Source: the human T2T-CHM13v2.0 reference genome, Homo sapiens. From it: 64,000 nt of DNA. The DNA is taken from NCBI RefSeq assembly GCF_009914755.1, contig NC_060939.1; one strand, given 5' to 3'. Position 1 is the stretch's first letter. Each line of letters begins with the position of its first letter. The position numbers and the translations under genes are program-made. Positions 1 through 11,153 of the stretch are shown in pieces. Below the pieces are notes generated by a model that ran no database searches, was not told where the DNA came from, and was given only the letters and a program-made list of their open reading frames with translations.

Positions 1-283
1 ACTCAGTTTACATTTCATCCTGTTTGCCCAGAGCCTGATCACATTCTGCCTCATATCCATGCTGCACTCTTCACAGTTTGCCTCTAGCATCTTCCCGAAG
101 GGATAGACTGTGCCCCACAAGCTCACTGCTCTGCACACACCAGGCACAAAGCGGGTGTGTGAGTAGAAGGAAAGTCACCAACAATCTTTTCTTTATAAGA
201 TATAAGAAATGTAATGTTCAGTGTGCCTTAGGAAACAAACTGATGTCTTTCTATGAATGGGGGGTCCCCAAGGCACCTCAGAA

Positions 284-780
284 TTTTTTTTTACAACATG
301 TTTTGATATACAACTACATGGTGAAATCATTACTATTGTGAAATGAATTAACATGTCTATTGTCTCACATAGTTATTTTTGTGATAAGATACCTAAAATC
401 TATTCTCTTAGCAAATTTTTAGGGCACAACACAACACTAACTATAGCCCTCGTGCTGTACTTAAGCTCTCTAGACTTCTTTATCCTACATAACTGCAGCT
501 TCATACGCTTTAACCTACATCTCCCTCCATCCGCTCCTCCCAGCTGCCCATGGTAACCACTATTCTACTCTATTTCTACACATTCAGCTTTTTTTGGATC
601 TCTGCACTTGTAAGTGCAGTCACACAGTATTTTTATATCTGTTTCGGGCCGATTTCACTTGGCATAATGTCCTCCAGGTTCATCCATGTTGTTCCAAATG
701 ACAGAATCTCCTTATTTTTTTAAGGCTGAATAATATTTCATTGTATGTATTGTGTGTATGTATATATACACCACAATTTC
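284..780 (-). mobile_element. L1 3' end fragment, old L1MA-type (L1MA8/9-like)
   Basis: T-tract, then antisense L1MA 3'UTR motifs (AAAATCTATTCTCTTAGCAAATTT, TCCAGGTTCATCCATGTTGTT, AAGGCTGAATAATATTTCATTGTATG). Confidence 0.8.
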
Positions 781-2454
781 TTTTTTTTAACTTTTAGGTT
801 CAGGGGTACGTGTTCAGGTCTGTTATACAGGTAAATTGTAAGTCACAGGGGTTTGGTGTACAGATTATTTTGCCACCCAGGTAATCAGCATAGCACATGA
901 CAAGTAGTTTATTCATTCTTCCTGCACCCTTAAGTATGACCTGGTGTCTGCTGTTCCCTTCTTTGTGTCCTTGTGTACTCAATGTTTAGGTCTCACTTAT
1001 AAGTGAAAACACGTGATATTTGGTTTTCTGTTCCAGTGTCAGTTTGCTTAGGATTAAGGTCTCTAGCTCCATCCACATTTGTTCAAAGGACATGTTCTCA
1101 TTCCTTTTTATGGCTGCATAGTGTTCCACAGTATGTATGCGCCACATTTTCTTTATTCAGTCTACTGTTGACGGGCAGCAAGATTGATTCCACATTTTTG
1201 CTGTTGTGAATAGTGCTGTGATGAACATACACATGTGTGTGGCTTTATGGTAGAATGATTTCTATTCCTTTGGGTATATACCCAATAATGGAATTGCTGG
1301 GCCCAGTGGTAGTTCTGCTTTGAGTTCTTTGAGAAATTACCAAACTGCTTTCCACAGTGGCTGAACTAGTTTACATTTCCACCAGCAGTGTATAAGTGTT
1401 TTTTTTTCCCCACAACCTCACCAGCATCTTTTATTTTTTGACTTTTTAATAATAGGGAACCTAACTAGTGTGAGATGGTACCTGTTTGTGGTTTTGCTTT
1501 GAATTTCTCTAATGATTAGTGATATTGAGCATTTTATCATGTGCTTGTTGTCCATGTGTATGTCTTCTTTTGAAAAGCATCTGTTCATGTCCTTTGCCCA
1601 CTTTTTAATGGGGTTGTTTTTGGCTTAAGTTCCTTATATACTTCTGGATATTACACCTCCCATTCTGTAGGTTGTCTGTTTACTCTATTGATAGTTCTTT
1701 CACTCTGCAGAAACTCTTTCATTTAATTAGGTCGCATCTAACCATTTTTGTTTTTACTGCAATTGTTTTTGGCTTGTTATGAAATTTTTGCCAGGTCCTA
1801 TATCCAGAATGGTATTTCCTAGGTTATCTTCCAGGATTTTTATACTTTTACGTTTAACATCTAAACCTTTAATCCATATTCAGTTGATTTTTGTATATGG
1901 TCCAGTTTCAATCTTCTGCACATGGCTAGCCAGTTATCCCAGCACCATTTATTGAATAGGGTGTTATTTCCCTGTTGCTTGTTTTTGTCAGCTTTGTAGA
2001 AGATCAAATAGTTGCAGGTGTGCAGCATTATTTCTGGGATCTCAATCCTGTTCCATTGATCCATGTGTCTGTTTTTGTACAAGTACCATGCTGTTTTGGT
2101 TACTATAGTCTTTTATTATAGTATAAACTTCCTTAACATGATGCTTCCAGTATTGTTCTTTTTGCTTAGGACTGCGTTGCCTATTCAAGGTCCCTTTGGT
2201 TCCATACAAATTTTAAAATAGTTTTTTGTAATTCTGTAAAGAATGTCACTGGTAGTTTGATAGGAAGAGTATTGAATCTATAAACTGCTTAGAGCCGTAT
2301 GGCCATTTTAACAATATTGATTCTTCCTATCCATGAGCATGGAACGTTTTTCCATTTGTTTTTGTCATCTGATTTCTTTGAGCAGTGTTTTATAATTCTT
2401 GTTGTAGAGATCTTTCACCTCCCCGGTTAGCTGTATTCCTAGATATTTTATTCT
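781..2454 (-). mobile_element. 5'-truncated L1 (L1PA15/16-like): 3'UTR plus decayed ORF2 C-terminus
   Basis: TTTTAGGTTCAGGGGTAC...CAGATTATTTTGCCACCCAGGTAAT 3' end; minus-strand ORF 1861-2082 reads as L1 ORF2 ([13 protein letters not shown]...[20 protein letters not shown]). Confidence 0.92.
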
Positions 2455-2496
2455 ATTACTAATTATTACAGTTGAGTGTGGAATTATTACATCATC

Positions 2497-2863
2497 TGTT
2501 TTAGTCTGTTCAGGTTGTCATAACAGAATAACACAGACAGGATGGCTTATAAACAACAGAAATTTATTTCTTACAGTCTGAAAGCTGGGAGGTCCAAGGT
2601 CAAGACACTGGCAGATTAGGTGTCTAGTAAGGACTCACTTTCTGATTCATATAGGGACATCTGCTCACTGTGTCCTCACATGACCAAAGGACTGAGGGAT
2701 CTAAGATCTCTTTTATAAGATTACTAATCCCATTCATGAGGGCTCTGCTGTCACAACCTAATCATCTCCTAAAGGCCCCATCTCCAAATACCATCACACT
2801 GGGGATTAGGGCTTCAACATATGAATTTGTGTGGGGAGGGACGTAAACCTTCAGTCCGTAGCA
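2497..2863 (-). mobile_element. MaLR solo LTR, MLT1A0-like
   Basis: TGT...GCA termini; GGCTTATAAACAACAGAAATTTATTTC, CTAATCCCATTCATGAGGGCTC, CAACATATGAATTT. Confidence 0.88.
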
Positions 2864-3249
2864 CTAATTGCCAATATCAAACAAGATCTCATTTTGTTCA
2901 ATTCATTTTAATGAAAAGTTCATCTTTATTGTCATAAACTAACCAAAATGCAATTTGTTCTGCTGTAGCCATGGAGAGAACCCAAAAATAATACAGGGAG
3001 TAAAGGCCACATCATTGCCCCTCTGAAGCACACAGCTAATGATGACTACAATGGCCATACTGATCCTAACAGCACTGACGATGTGTGGGGCACGCTTCTA
3101 AGCCATAAGTTATTGCTACATCCATCTCATTGGCCTCAAAGCCAAAGGAGGTCCCTTGATAACCTATGAACACCTGTCTGAGAATTTTGTGGCTTCTCAT
3201 GTGGGGGAAGGGATGGCTGAGGGTGCACTGTGTATAGGATGGTGATCCA

Positions 3250-3435
3250 AGCATGGGCTGTAGGTCCAAATGGCCTAGGTTTCACCATGTGACAAAAGCC
3301 AAGTCACTTAGCCCCTTTGTCCATCTCTAAAAAGCACCAACCTGGGGTTCATGTGAGGATTAAATACAAATTTAAATGATTAAAGAGCTTAAAACAGGCC
3401 CTGGCACGTAGTAAGTGTTTAGTAAACCTTTACTA
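3250..3435 (+). mobile_element. MIR SINE
   Basis: TGTGA..CAAGTCACTTA core, GTGAGGATTAAAT, CCTGGCACGTAGTAAGTG tail. Confidence 0.75.
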
Positions 3436-3702
3436 GGATGATCATGATGAGCACATAAATGTTCGGGTCACTGTCATTAGATACTTCCGCCTAATTAATC
3501 TTCCTCAGACCCAGCACACCATGGAACTGCGATGGAAGCGTGCAAATGGAGATGAAGGATCACTCATACCACTATGCTGAGCAAGTCATTGTAAAAGGAA
3601 CAGAAGGTGTCCTTTTTCCTAGCTTGTTAGTTCCCTTATACCACACAAAGGAAAGAGCTTGAAGACAGATGAGGAGGTTAAAAACACTCTGCCCCACAAA
3701 GG

Positions 3703-3759
3703 CTCTCTCTCTCTCACACACACACACACACGCACGCACGCGCGCACACACACACACAC
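3703..3759. repeat. compound microsatellite (CT)n(CA)n(CACG/CG)(CA)n
   Basis: read directly from the sequence. Confidence 0.95.
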
Positions 3760-4204
3760 CCTGTCTCTTCCTCTCATAAATCACCACTAGTTCACTCCCT
3801 CATTCCTACATCTGTACCCAGAGAGCCTCCAGCCCTCCATACAAGACAGGGATTTCCAGACTCTAGTCCTTAAGCTTGGTCAAATGAGCAGACCCAGCTC
3901 CAAGAATAAAGGGATAACAGGGGATCTCTTTCCCGTCCAACACTCCATTGGAAAGAGCTACAGTGATCTCACACTAGTTACCTTAAGAAGCATGCCACTG
4001 CGCTATGGTGGGCATTGTATTTTCTGGAGACACCACTCACCCCTGTGTTGGCTCTATATAAGGAAAGGCTATTCCTCTTCTGAGTGTGGCTTTGCTCTCA
4101 ATGTGTTCCCGATGCACCCTGGCTGAGGATGACTCCCCTGCCATCTCAGATGTTTGCATGGTGTCGGGGAGAGGAATGCGTTCATTCTCAGTTCATTCTA
4201 CCTC

Positions 4205-4330
4205 ATCTCTGATTCTCACAAAAACTATGTCCCTGAGGAGGAAATGAAGGCATAGAGAAGGTAAGTGACTCCATTAAGGTTACACAGCCTATCGTAATCC
4301 AGATAAGCTAAATCTTTTGTTCTGTCCACC
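4205..4330 (-). mobile_element. MIR fragment
   Basis: GAGGAAATGAAGGCATAGAGAAGGTAAGTGACT...AAGGTTACACAGC. Confidence 0.6.
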
Positions 4331-4869
4331 ATGTTTCCTGCCTGCCTGATGTTTAGGATAAAAGCAGAATTCATCAACTCTTACATAAACACATAAAGAC
4401 TGATGCTATAAAGCCTGGTTGCTCCAAAGAGTTGGCTTCCCTTGACGGATACAGCCTTTACTTACTGAATTGCTAGCAGAGAAGAAAGACATGAAGAGTC
4501 CAAGCTTCAGAAGTCATCCAGCAGCTGTTCAGATCTCTTGGCAAAATACCAAGAAGCCTGGTCTGCATAATTCTCTCTCAAAGAGGCAACACCAAAATGC
4601 TTGTCCCCAACTTCATTCTGAAGACTAATTTGTCAACTTCAACACAACAGCTCTTTCCCAAGACTTATCCCTATTCCTAGTTTCATGAGTCAAAACTTTG
4701 GGCTCCTTAACCCTGAAGAGAACCTTGTTCTTCTCACTGCCTTCCCACGGGTTGGGCTGAGGCCAGTGGAAAATGCAGTAGCCAGTGGAACATCCCTAGT
4801 GACCTTGAGCTCCTTGTCTTGGCTCTGAAATAAACTCTGCTCCACTTTTTTCTTTCCTGTTTGATTTCC

Positions 4870-5570
4870 TTAGAATTTATTTTTAAAATATACACACAGT
4901 AAAATTAGCTCTTTTTACTGTACAGCTGTGTGTTTTGGCAAATGCCTAGAGACAGGTAGCCACCACCACCACCAGGATACAGAACATTTCCTTCACCCCT
5001 AGAAAGCTCCCTCATGATTCCCTCTTGTAGTCAAACCCTCCCCTCACTCTCAAGCCCTGCCAACCACCAGTTCGCTGTTTCTACAATTTTGCCTGCTCTA
5101 GAATGTCATGTACATGGAATTATACAGTATGAAGTTTGAGTCTGGCTGCTTTCATGTGACACAAAGCAGTTGAGATTCATCCAAGCTGTTTTGCATATGA
5201 CTAGTTCATCTTTTTTATTGCAGAGTAGTATGCTACTGTATGAACGTACCACAGTTTCTTTATCCATTCTCAAGTTATAGAACATTTGGGTGGTTTTGCA
5301 TCTGGGGGTGATTATAAAAAAAGCTTCTGTAGACATTTGCATACAAGTTTAATGTAAATCCATTTTTATTTCTTTTGGACAAGCACTTAAGAGTGAGATT
5401 GATGGGTCATATAGTTGGTGTATATTTAATTTTATAAGAAACCACCAAACTGTTTTTTCACAGTGGCTGCATAATTTTGCATTTCTACCAGCAATACGTG
5501 AGAGTTCCGGATGCTCCACATCCTCACCACTTTTTGGTATTGTCAGAAATTTTTTTCTCTTTTGTCTTCT
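4870..5570 (-). mobile_element. old L1M (L1MC/MD-like) 3' end
   Basis: GATACAGAACATTTCCTTCACCCC, GAGATTCATCCAAGCTGTT, CATTTCTACCAGCAAT..GAGAGTTCC..TGCTCCACATCCTCACCA. Confidence 0.85.
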
Positions 5571-6307
5571 AGCCTTTCCCTGAGAAGAGGCACAGTCATG
5601 AAGCTGCTAATCCAAAGATACTCCTGTGGAAGGGGTGGGGCTCCACAGACCCACAGGAAGGCTGTAGGCTTGGCAAGCTCATAGCAGATCAGAGGGTCAG
5701 GAATATGAGTGCTGTCTGTCTAGCCTCAGCCAAAAAGAGCCATGACCCACCATGAGTCATGAAAGAAAATGTCTAGGTTTGAAACTTTCTAAAAATATGA
5801 AGTTAGGAATATTACCTTATATATCCTTATATTTCCCTATACCTAATGCCATGTCTAAACTTACAGCTGAGTGAATGCCTTCACTTGGTTCTCCTGGATT
5901 TCATATATTTTCCAGATCATGAGGAAAGCCCCACATACAGGAAATGCACAAACTGACTATTTCAGCTGCAGGGATGGTCCCTAGTGCCAAGGTATATTCT
6001 ATGTGCAGCTGGAGCCAAGGTTGAAAGGCCTAGAATGATAAGACACAGTCTAAAACAGCAGCTCCAAACTTTTGGAAAAGTCATTAACCCCTCTGAGAAT
6101 CCTGAAGAAACTCTGGACTCTCTCATCAGAAAAAAAATGAAGAAATAATATACCAAAGAAAAAGTTACATTCATCCACAGACCACTACTACTACCCAGAA
6201 GGAGCCCTGGCTCTAATAAGCAGGCAGTCATTTCTGTGAATATTTTGCTCTTTCATGGGGAGGAAAGGGACCTGAGGACTGCTTACTAGTGAGGCCAGGG
6301 AGATACT

Positions 6308-6701
6308 TGTACCAGTATGCTAAGACTGTCCTAACAAATTACCACAGCCTAGGTGGCTTAAACAATAGAAATTCATTTTCTCACAATTCCGGAGGCTAGA
6401 AGTCCGAGATGAAGGTATTATAGTTTGTTTTGTCTGAGGCCTCTCTCCTTGGCTTGTAGATGCCATCTTCCTCCAGTATCTACACACTGTCTCCCTTCTG
6501 TGTGTCTCTGTGTCCTAATTTCCTCTTCCTACAAGAACATCAGTCATGTTGAATAAGGGCCTACTCATATGACCCCATTTTACTCCAATTACCTCTCCCA
6601 GCCCTCATCTCCAAATAGAGTGACATTCTGAGGTACTGGAGATTAAGACTTTTTGGACTTCAACAAGTGAATGTGATGCAGGCACAAGTCAGCACATAAT
6701 A
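6308..6701 (-). mobile_element. MaLR solo LTR, MLT1B-like
   Basis: TAACAAATTACCACA..GGTGGCTTAAACAATAGAAATT, GGAGGCTAGAAGTCC, GAGGCCTCTCTCCTTGGCTTGTAGATG, ACATTCTGAGGTACTGG. Confidence 0.85.
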
Positions 6702-6756
6702 TCGATTCTTGCAGTTTCTTAGAAGACTAAAGCTGTAGAACTTAAGACTTCAGAAA

Positions 6757-7410
6757 TTCTAACAGTCCCACCACTGAATGTATTTCTAAAGGAAATGAAA
6801 TTAGTATGTCAGAGGTATCTATACTTCCATGTTCACTGCAGCACTATTCACAATAGCCAAGACATGGAATCAACCCAAGTGCCCATCAGCAGATGAACGG
6901 ATAAAGAAAATGTGCAATAGATACACACTGGAATACTATTCAGCCTTAAAAAGGAAGGAAATCCTGTCGTATCATAGATTCACCTGCAGAACATTAAGTG
7001 AAATAAGTCAAGCACAGAAAGACAAATATCACATGATCTCACCTAAATGCGGAATCTTAAAAAAAAAAAAAAAAAGAAAAGTCAAACTCACAGAAAAGGA
7101 GAGAAAAGTTGTGGTTACCACAGGCTGGGTTTTGAGGAATTAAGAAGATGCTGGCCAACAGATACCAAATTTTTGTTAGACAGTAGAAAGTTCAAGAGAT
7201 CTGTTGTACATCAACGTTGACAACAGTAAACAACTTCATGTATACTTGAAAATTGCTTAGATTTTCAGTACTCTCACCACGAAAAAGGGTAAGTATGTAA
7301 GGTGAGGCATATGTAAAATAGCTTGATTTAGCCATTCTACCATGTGTACATAGATCAAAACATGTTGTACACCATAAACACACAACTTTTACTTGTCAAT
7401 TTGAAAAGTT
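6757..7410 (+). mobile_element. L1MA-type 3' end
   Basis: ORF 6829-7143 resembles the L1 ORF2 C-terminus (MFTAALFTIAKTWNQPKCPS); 3'UTR TATACTTGAAAATTGCT..TAGCTTGATTTAGCCATTC. Confidence 0.88.
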
Positions 7411-7444
7411 AAACTAGAAGATGTGTAAAGTCTGTCTAATAAAC

Positions 7445-7655
7445 ACAGACAGTGCTTATAATGTATAGGCACTCTGCTTAGGTGCTTTATAATAATCAAA
7501 CCTTTAATTTTCATTTTTTAAAAACTATGAATTAGGCACTATTTCTTATTTTCCCCCTTTTAAAGATGACAAAACAGAGTAAGGGGGCCAGGATTAGGAC
7601 CCAAGCTCCCTGCCCGCAAGAGCTCATCTTCATATCCAGTACTCTAAACTGCCTC
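7445..7655 (-). mobile_element. MIR
   Basis: AGTGCTTATAATGTATAGGCACTCTGCT..GTGCTTTA antisense MIR tail, followed by core. Confidence 0.6.
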
Positions 7656-7941
7656 TCCCTAAGCAATAGGCTCTTCTTTGCTGCCTTTCTTGACAAGGAA
7701 AAGTGAAGAACTAAACAACCATCCAAGCTATCTATTCAATGCAGATTCAAAAAACATCGCTAGGAGATTCAAACACAGTTCTTCAGTGCAATTTTTTTCC
7801 TTTCCAACTACTTGTAACCTTGCTAATTGCTTAACCTTCCTCAAATGTCTTACTCAAAACCAGTGTCTCCCTATAGATCAAATCTAAACCGGGCAGGCTG
7901 GCTTTTAGGCTTCTACCTTACCTTCCTTCCCTTTCACCATC

Positions 7942-8546
7942 TGTACCAGACATCTATTGCTGTATAACAAATTATCCCCAAAACCTGGCAGCATAAAAAA
8001 TAAACGTTTATTTTCTCCCACAGTTTTTCTGAGATTCAGGAATCTGGGAGCAGCTTAGCTGGATGGTTCTGGTTCTCTGTCAAGAGGTTGCAATCAAGAG
8101 GTCAGCCAGGGCTGCAGTCATCTGAAAGCTTGACTGAGGCTGGAGGATCTGCTTCCAAAATGACTCATTCAAACAGCTATTGGCAAGGGGTCTCTATCCC
8201 TTCCCTCATGGCCCCCTTTATATGCTGTTTGAGTATCCTCACAACATGATAGCTGGAGCTCACTTCTCTAGAGCAAGTGATGAGACAGAGAGAGAGACAG
8301 GCGGAGACAGACAGGCAGAGAGAGACAGGCGGAGAGAGAACAAGAGAGAGACAGAAAGCAAATGGGACCAAAGACACAATGCCTTTTTACGACCTAGTGT
8401 CTGAATCATATCTTCACTTCCATCTTATTCACTGGAAGCAAGTCATTATGTCAGCCCTGATTTAAAGGGAGAGGAACTAAGCTCCACCTGTTGAAAGGAG
8501 CAGTATTGAAGAATTTGTGGACATGATTTTTTAAAAAATCACCACA
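7942..8546 (-). mobile_element. MaLR solo LTR (MLT1G/H class) with a perfect 5-bp TSD CCATC
   Basis: TGT...ACA termini flanked by CCATC (7937-7941 and 8547-8551); GGGCTGCAGTCATCTGAA..CTTGACTG.GGCTGGAGGATC; GAATTTGTGGACAT. Confidence 0.88.
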
Positions 8547-8609
8547 CCATCTAACCTTATTTCCCACAATTACCCCAATATACACAGCAGCAAAACCATG
8601 TTGCCATAG

Positions 8610-8755
8610 AAATTAGCACTGGTTCAGGAGACCCAATTCTATGCCTGTGACCTTGGGGACTGCACTGCACCTATCTGATCTTCGGTTTTCTCCTGGAGGG
8701 TGAAGGGTTGGATTTGGAGGGTCTAGAAGCTTTTCCCTCTGACTCCTGTGGTCTG
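8610..8755 (+). mobile_element. MIR3-like fragment
   Basis: TCAGGAGACC..TGTGACCTTGGG...GAAGGGTTGGA. Confidence 0.45.
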
Positions 8756-10310
8756 TAGCTCTAAGAGGGCAGTGAACTAGTTTGTTTGGGCCTCCTCTCA
8801 TTGGCTACACCCACGCTTCCTTTCTAGCTGTGGCTTGGAGGGCCTACTCCAACTCTTTCTCCTCCCACTCATCTCTTTCTCTTCAAAATCCCAATCAACT
8901 CAGGTCATGTGAGCCTCAAGTAAAAACAAAAAAAAAAATCCTTGTTTGTAAATGTTAAACAGCCTCGCCTTGCTCTTTCCTGTGGCTGACATGTGCAAAT
9001 TTTGTCTCCCCATGGGCCAAAGATGCTGCAGGCTGGAGCTATTTTTCCCACCTCTTTGATGCCTGCCCGTGTTTTCAGTGAACAGAGTTTAGAGAAATTA
9101 TTTGCCAAATAATATCAGGCTCAACTACTCTGTCCCTCAGGGTTCCTTCAAACAGAGGAGCTCAAACCCTCAGCATTGTGTCCCTGCAGCCAGCATTCTC
9201 AAGGGAAGAGATCATCTTCACTTAACTGCCAATGACAAGGGGCTTAGTTTCTAATTTTTAATCTTTTCCAAATGTCTTGTTAAAATTAAACCATAAACTA
9301 AAGAAATCCCTCCCCAGATTAGGAAACCAAATGGGAAATGTGGCCATTTGGCATGAAACTGTCAAACATTTTCAGCACACATACATCCCAACCCATTGGA
9401 TGAGACAGCCTGCGTCACAGGCCAAGAGGCCGTGGCCCCACACATATCTCTGCAACTGCATTCAGAAGCCCTGACCTTGGGCCACTGCTCAGGCCTCCAT
9501 CCTCACAGACGCTCTGAGGCGGCAGCTGGAAGGGTCAGGCCCAGTCATGCTCTGGATGGGCCATGTCTCTGCGACTGCAGCTTTCAGAGCCACCTCTAGG
9601 CCTGGCTCAATTTTAGGGCCACAGGAGACTCGCTCTCTCTGCTCCAGAATCTGTCTTCAGAGTAAAGCCCGAATTTTAAATTGGGCTTTGTTAGGGAAGC
9701 AGCAGAAATAAGTCTCGAATGAAAGAAGAAACAGGTCCTCTGAGGAGAATCTCAAATCATTAATCCTGGGGAAATGAAGCTAGAAAATGTTTCCAGGAAT
9801 ATTACGAATCCTAGGCTTATTCAAGTTGTTTATTTCATAGCAGAAAAAGATGCTGCTCAGGCAAAATTCTAAATTCAGCTGCTTTTCCTCCCTCATCTGA
9901 TTCTCTTGCCTCCTTCCCTGGGCCTGGGCCTCTGTGTGTCCTGGTCCCAGGTCCTCGCTTCCCATCTGCTCTTTCCTACCTTCTTTGGAAAGACTAAAGT
10001 GCCTGGCCTACACAGAAGCGCTGAGTTCAAATGGTGACTCTAAAGCTAAGATCCTCATAACCCGAAGGATTGAATGACAAACAATGGCATTTCCAGCACC
10101 AAAACAGGGGTCAGGACAGACATTTGGTTTAGAAAGCCACCTTTACTCCTAACTCTACCCTCCTGTTCCTGCTCCCAGAGCCCCCCTGCTGGGGGATGTG
10201 ACCCACAACAGCCCCCTCCCCAGCCTGGTCCCTAAGAAATGCACATGGCACAAGTCAGCAGGCCAGCTGGCCATCCCAATCAGGGAGCAAACCAGAGGCC
10301 TAAACTAGAG

Positions 10311-11153
10311 CAGGGATTTCTAACATAGAGTGCCAGACCTCATGGGATCCATGGATGGAACTGAGGAGGGCTACAAACCCGGATGAAAAAAAATATCTAG
10401 GCCAGGTGCGATGGCTCACGCCTGTAATCCCAGCACTTTGGGAGGCCGAGGTGCGCAGATCACCTGAGGTCAGGAATTTGACACCAGCTTGGCCTACATG
10501 GTGAAACCCCATCTCTACTAAAAATACAAAAATTAGCCAGGGGTGGTGGTGTGTACCTGTAGTCCCAGCTACTTGGGAGACAGAGGCAGGAAAATCACTT
10601 GAACCTAGGAGGCTGAGGCAGGAGAATCGCTTGAAGCTAGAAGGCGGAGGTTGCAGTTAGCCAAGATCACACCACTGCACTCCAGCCTAGGCAACAAAGT
10701 GAGACTCTGTCTCAAAATAATAATATCTATTACACTTTTTTCCCCACTAATGTCTACCTGAAATTTAGCATTTCTCTTTCCATGATGAGCGTAGGCGTGC
10801 ACCTTAGTAGTATTAGTAGTCCTTGTGACTTTATCACCAATAAAAATTATAGGTATTTTCACATTACATTACAGTTGCCACAGAAATTTCCAGATATCAT
10901 GTTTCTGTATCATTATTTTGAAATTAGAATAGTTACAAGATCCACTGAAAGATCTTGCTATTTCATGCATTAATGAAGAGGTACTTATATTACATATTAC
11001 ATTTTTTAATTTCAACAACTATATTTCAATAAAATTATTATTTGTAATGCTATGTACATTATTTTAATGTTTTTAAAAATCTTTCTAAGTAGGCCACTAT
11101 AGACCTCTCCAACATCAGAGAGTCCACAGCACAAAGAAGATTAAGAACCTTTC
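10311..11153. mobile_element. hAT-Charlie non-autonomous DNA transposon, MER113-like, interrupted by an Alu
   Basis: degenerate TIRs CAGGGATTTCTAAC / TTAAGAACCTTTC; internal CTGAAATTTAGCATTTC, TGTGACTTTATCACCAATA, CATTACAGTTG, AGATCTTGCTATTT. Confidence 0.75.
10400..10721 (+). mobile_element. AluS (Sx-like), full length, with an internal 32-bp duplication; TSD AATATCTA
   Basis: GGCCAGGTGCGATGGCTCACGCCTGTAATCCCAGCAC start; A-rich linker; TSD at 10392-10399 and 10722-10729. Confidence 0.97.

Noticed and set aside
1861-2082. ORFs with real protein similarity (also 6829-7143, 25179-25409, 26058-26285)
   Set aside because: These are fragments of decayed L1 ORF2, not host genes.
10178-10192. CTCF-like CCAGCAGGGGGGCTC on the minus strand
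   Set aside because: An extra G displaces the conserved GGC, making it a weaker match than the 53149 site.
10300-10862. ORFs such as [10 protein letters not shown]... and ...LPRLECSG... (also 13930-14142 and 63537-63827)
   Set aside because: These are standard antisense-Alu translation artefacts.
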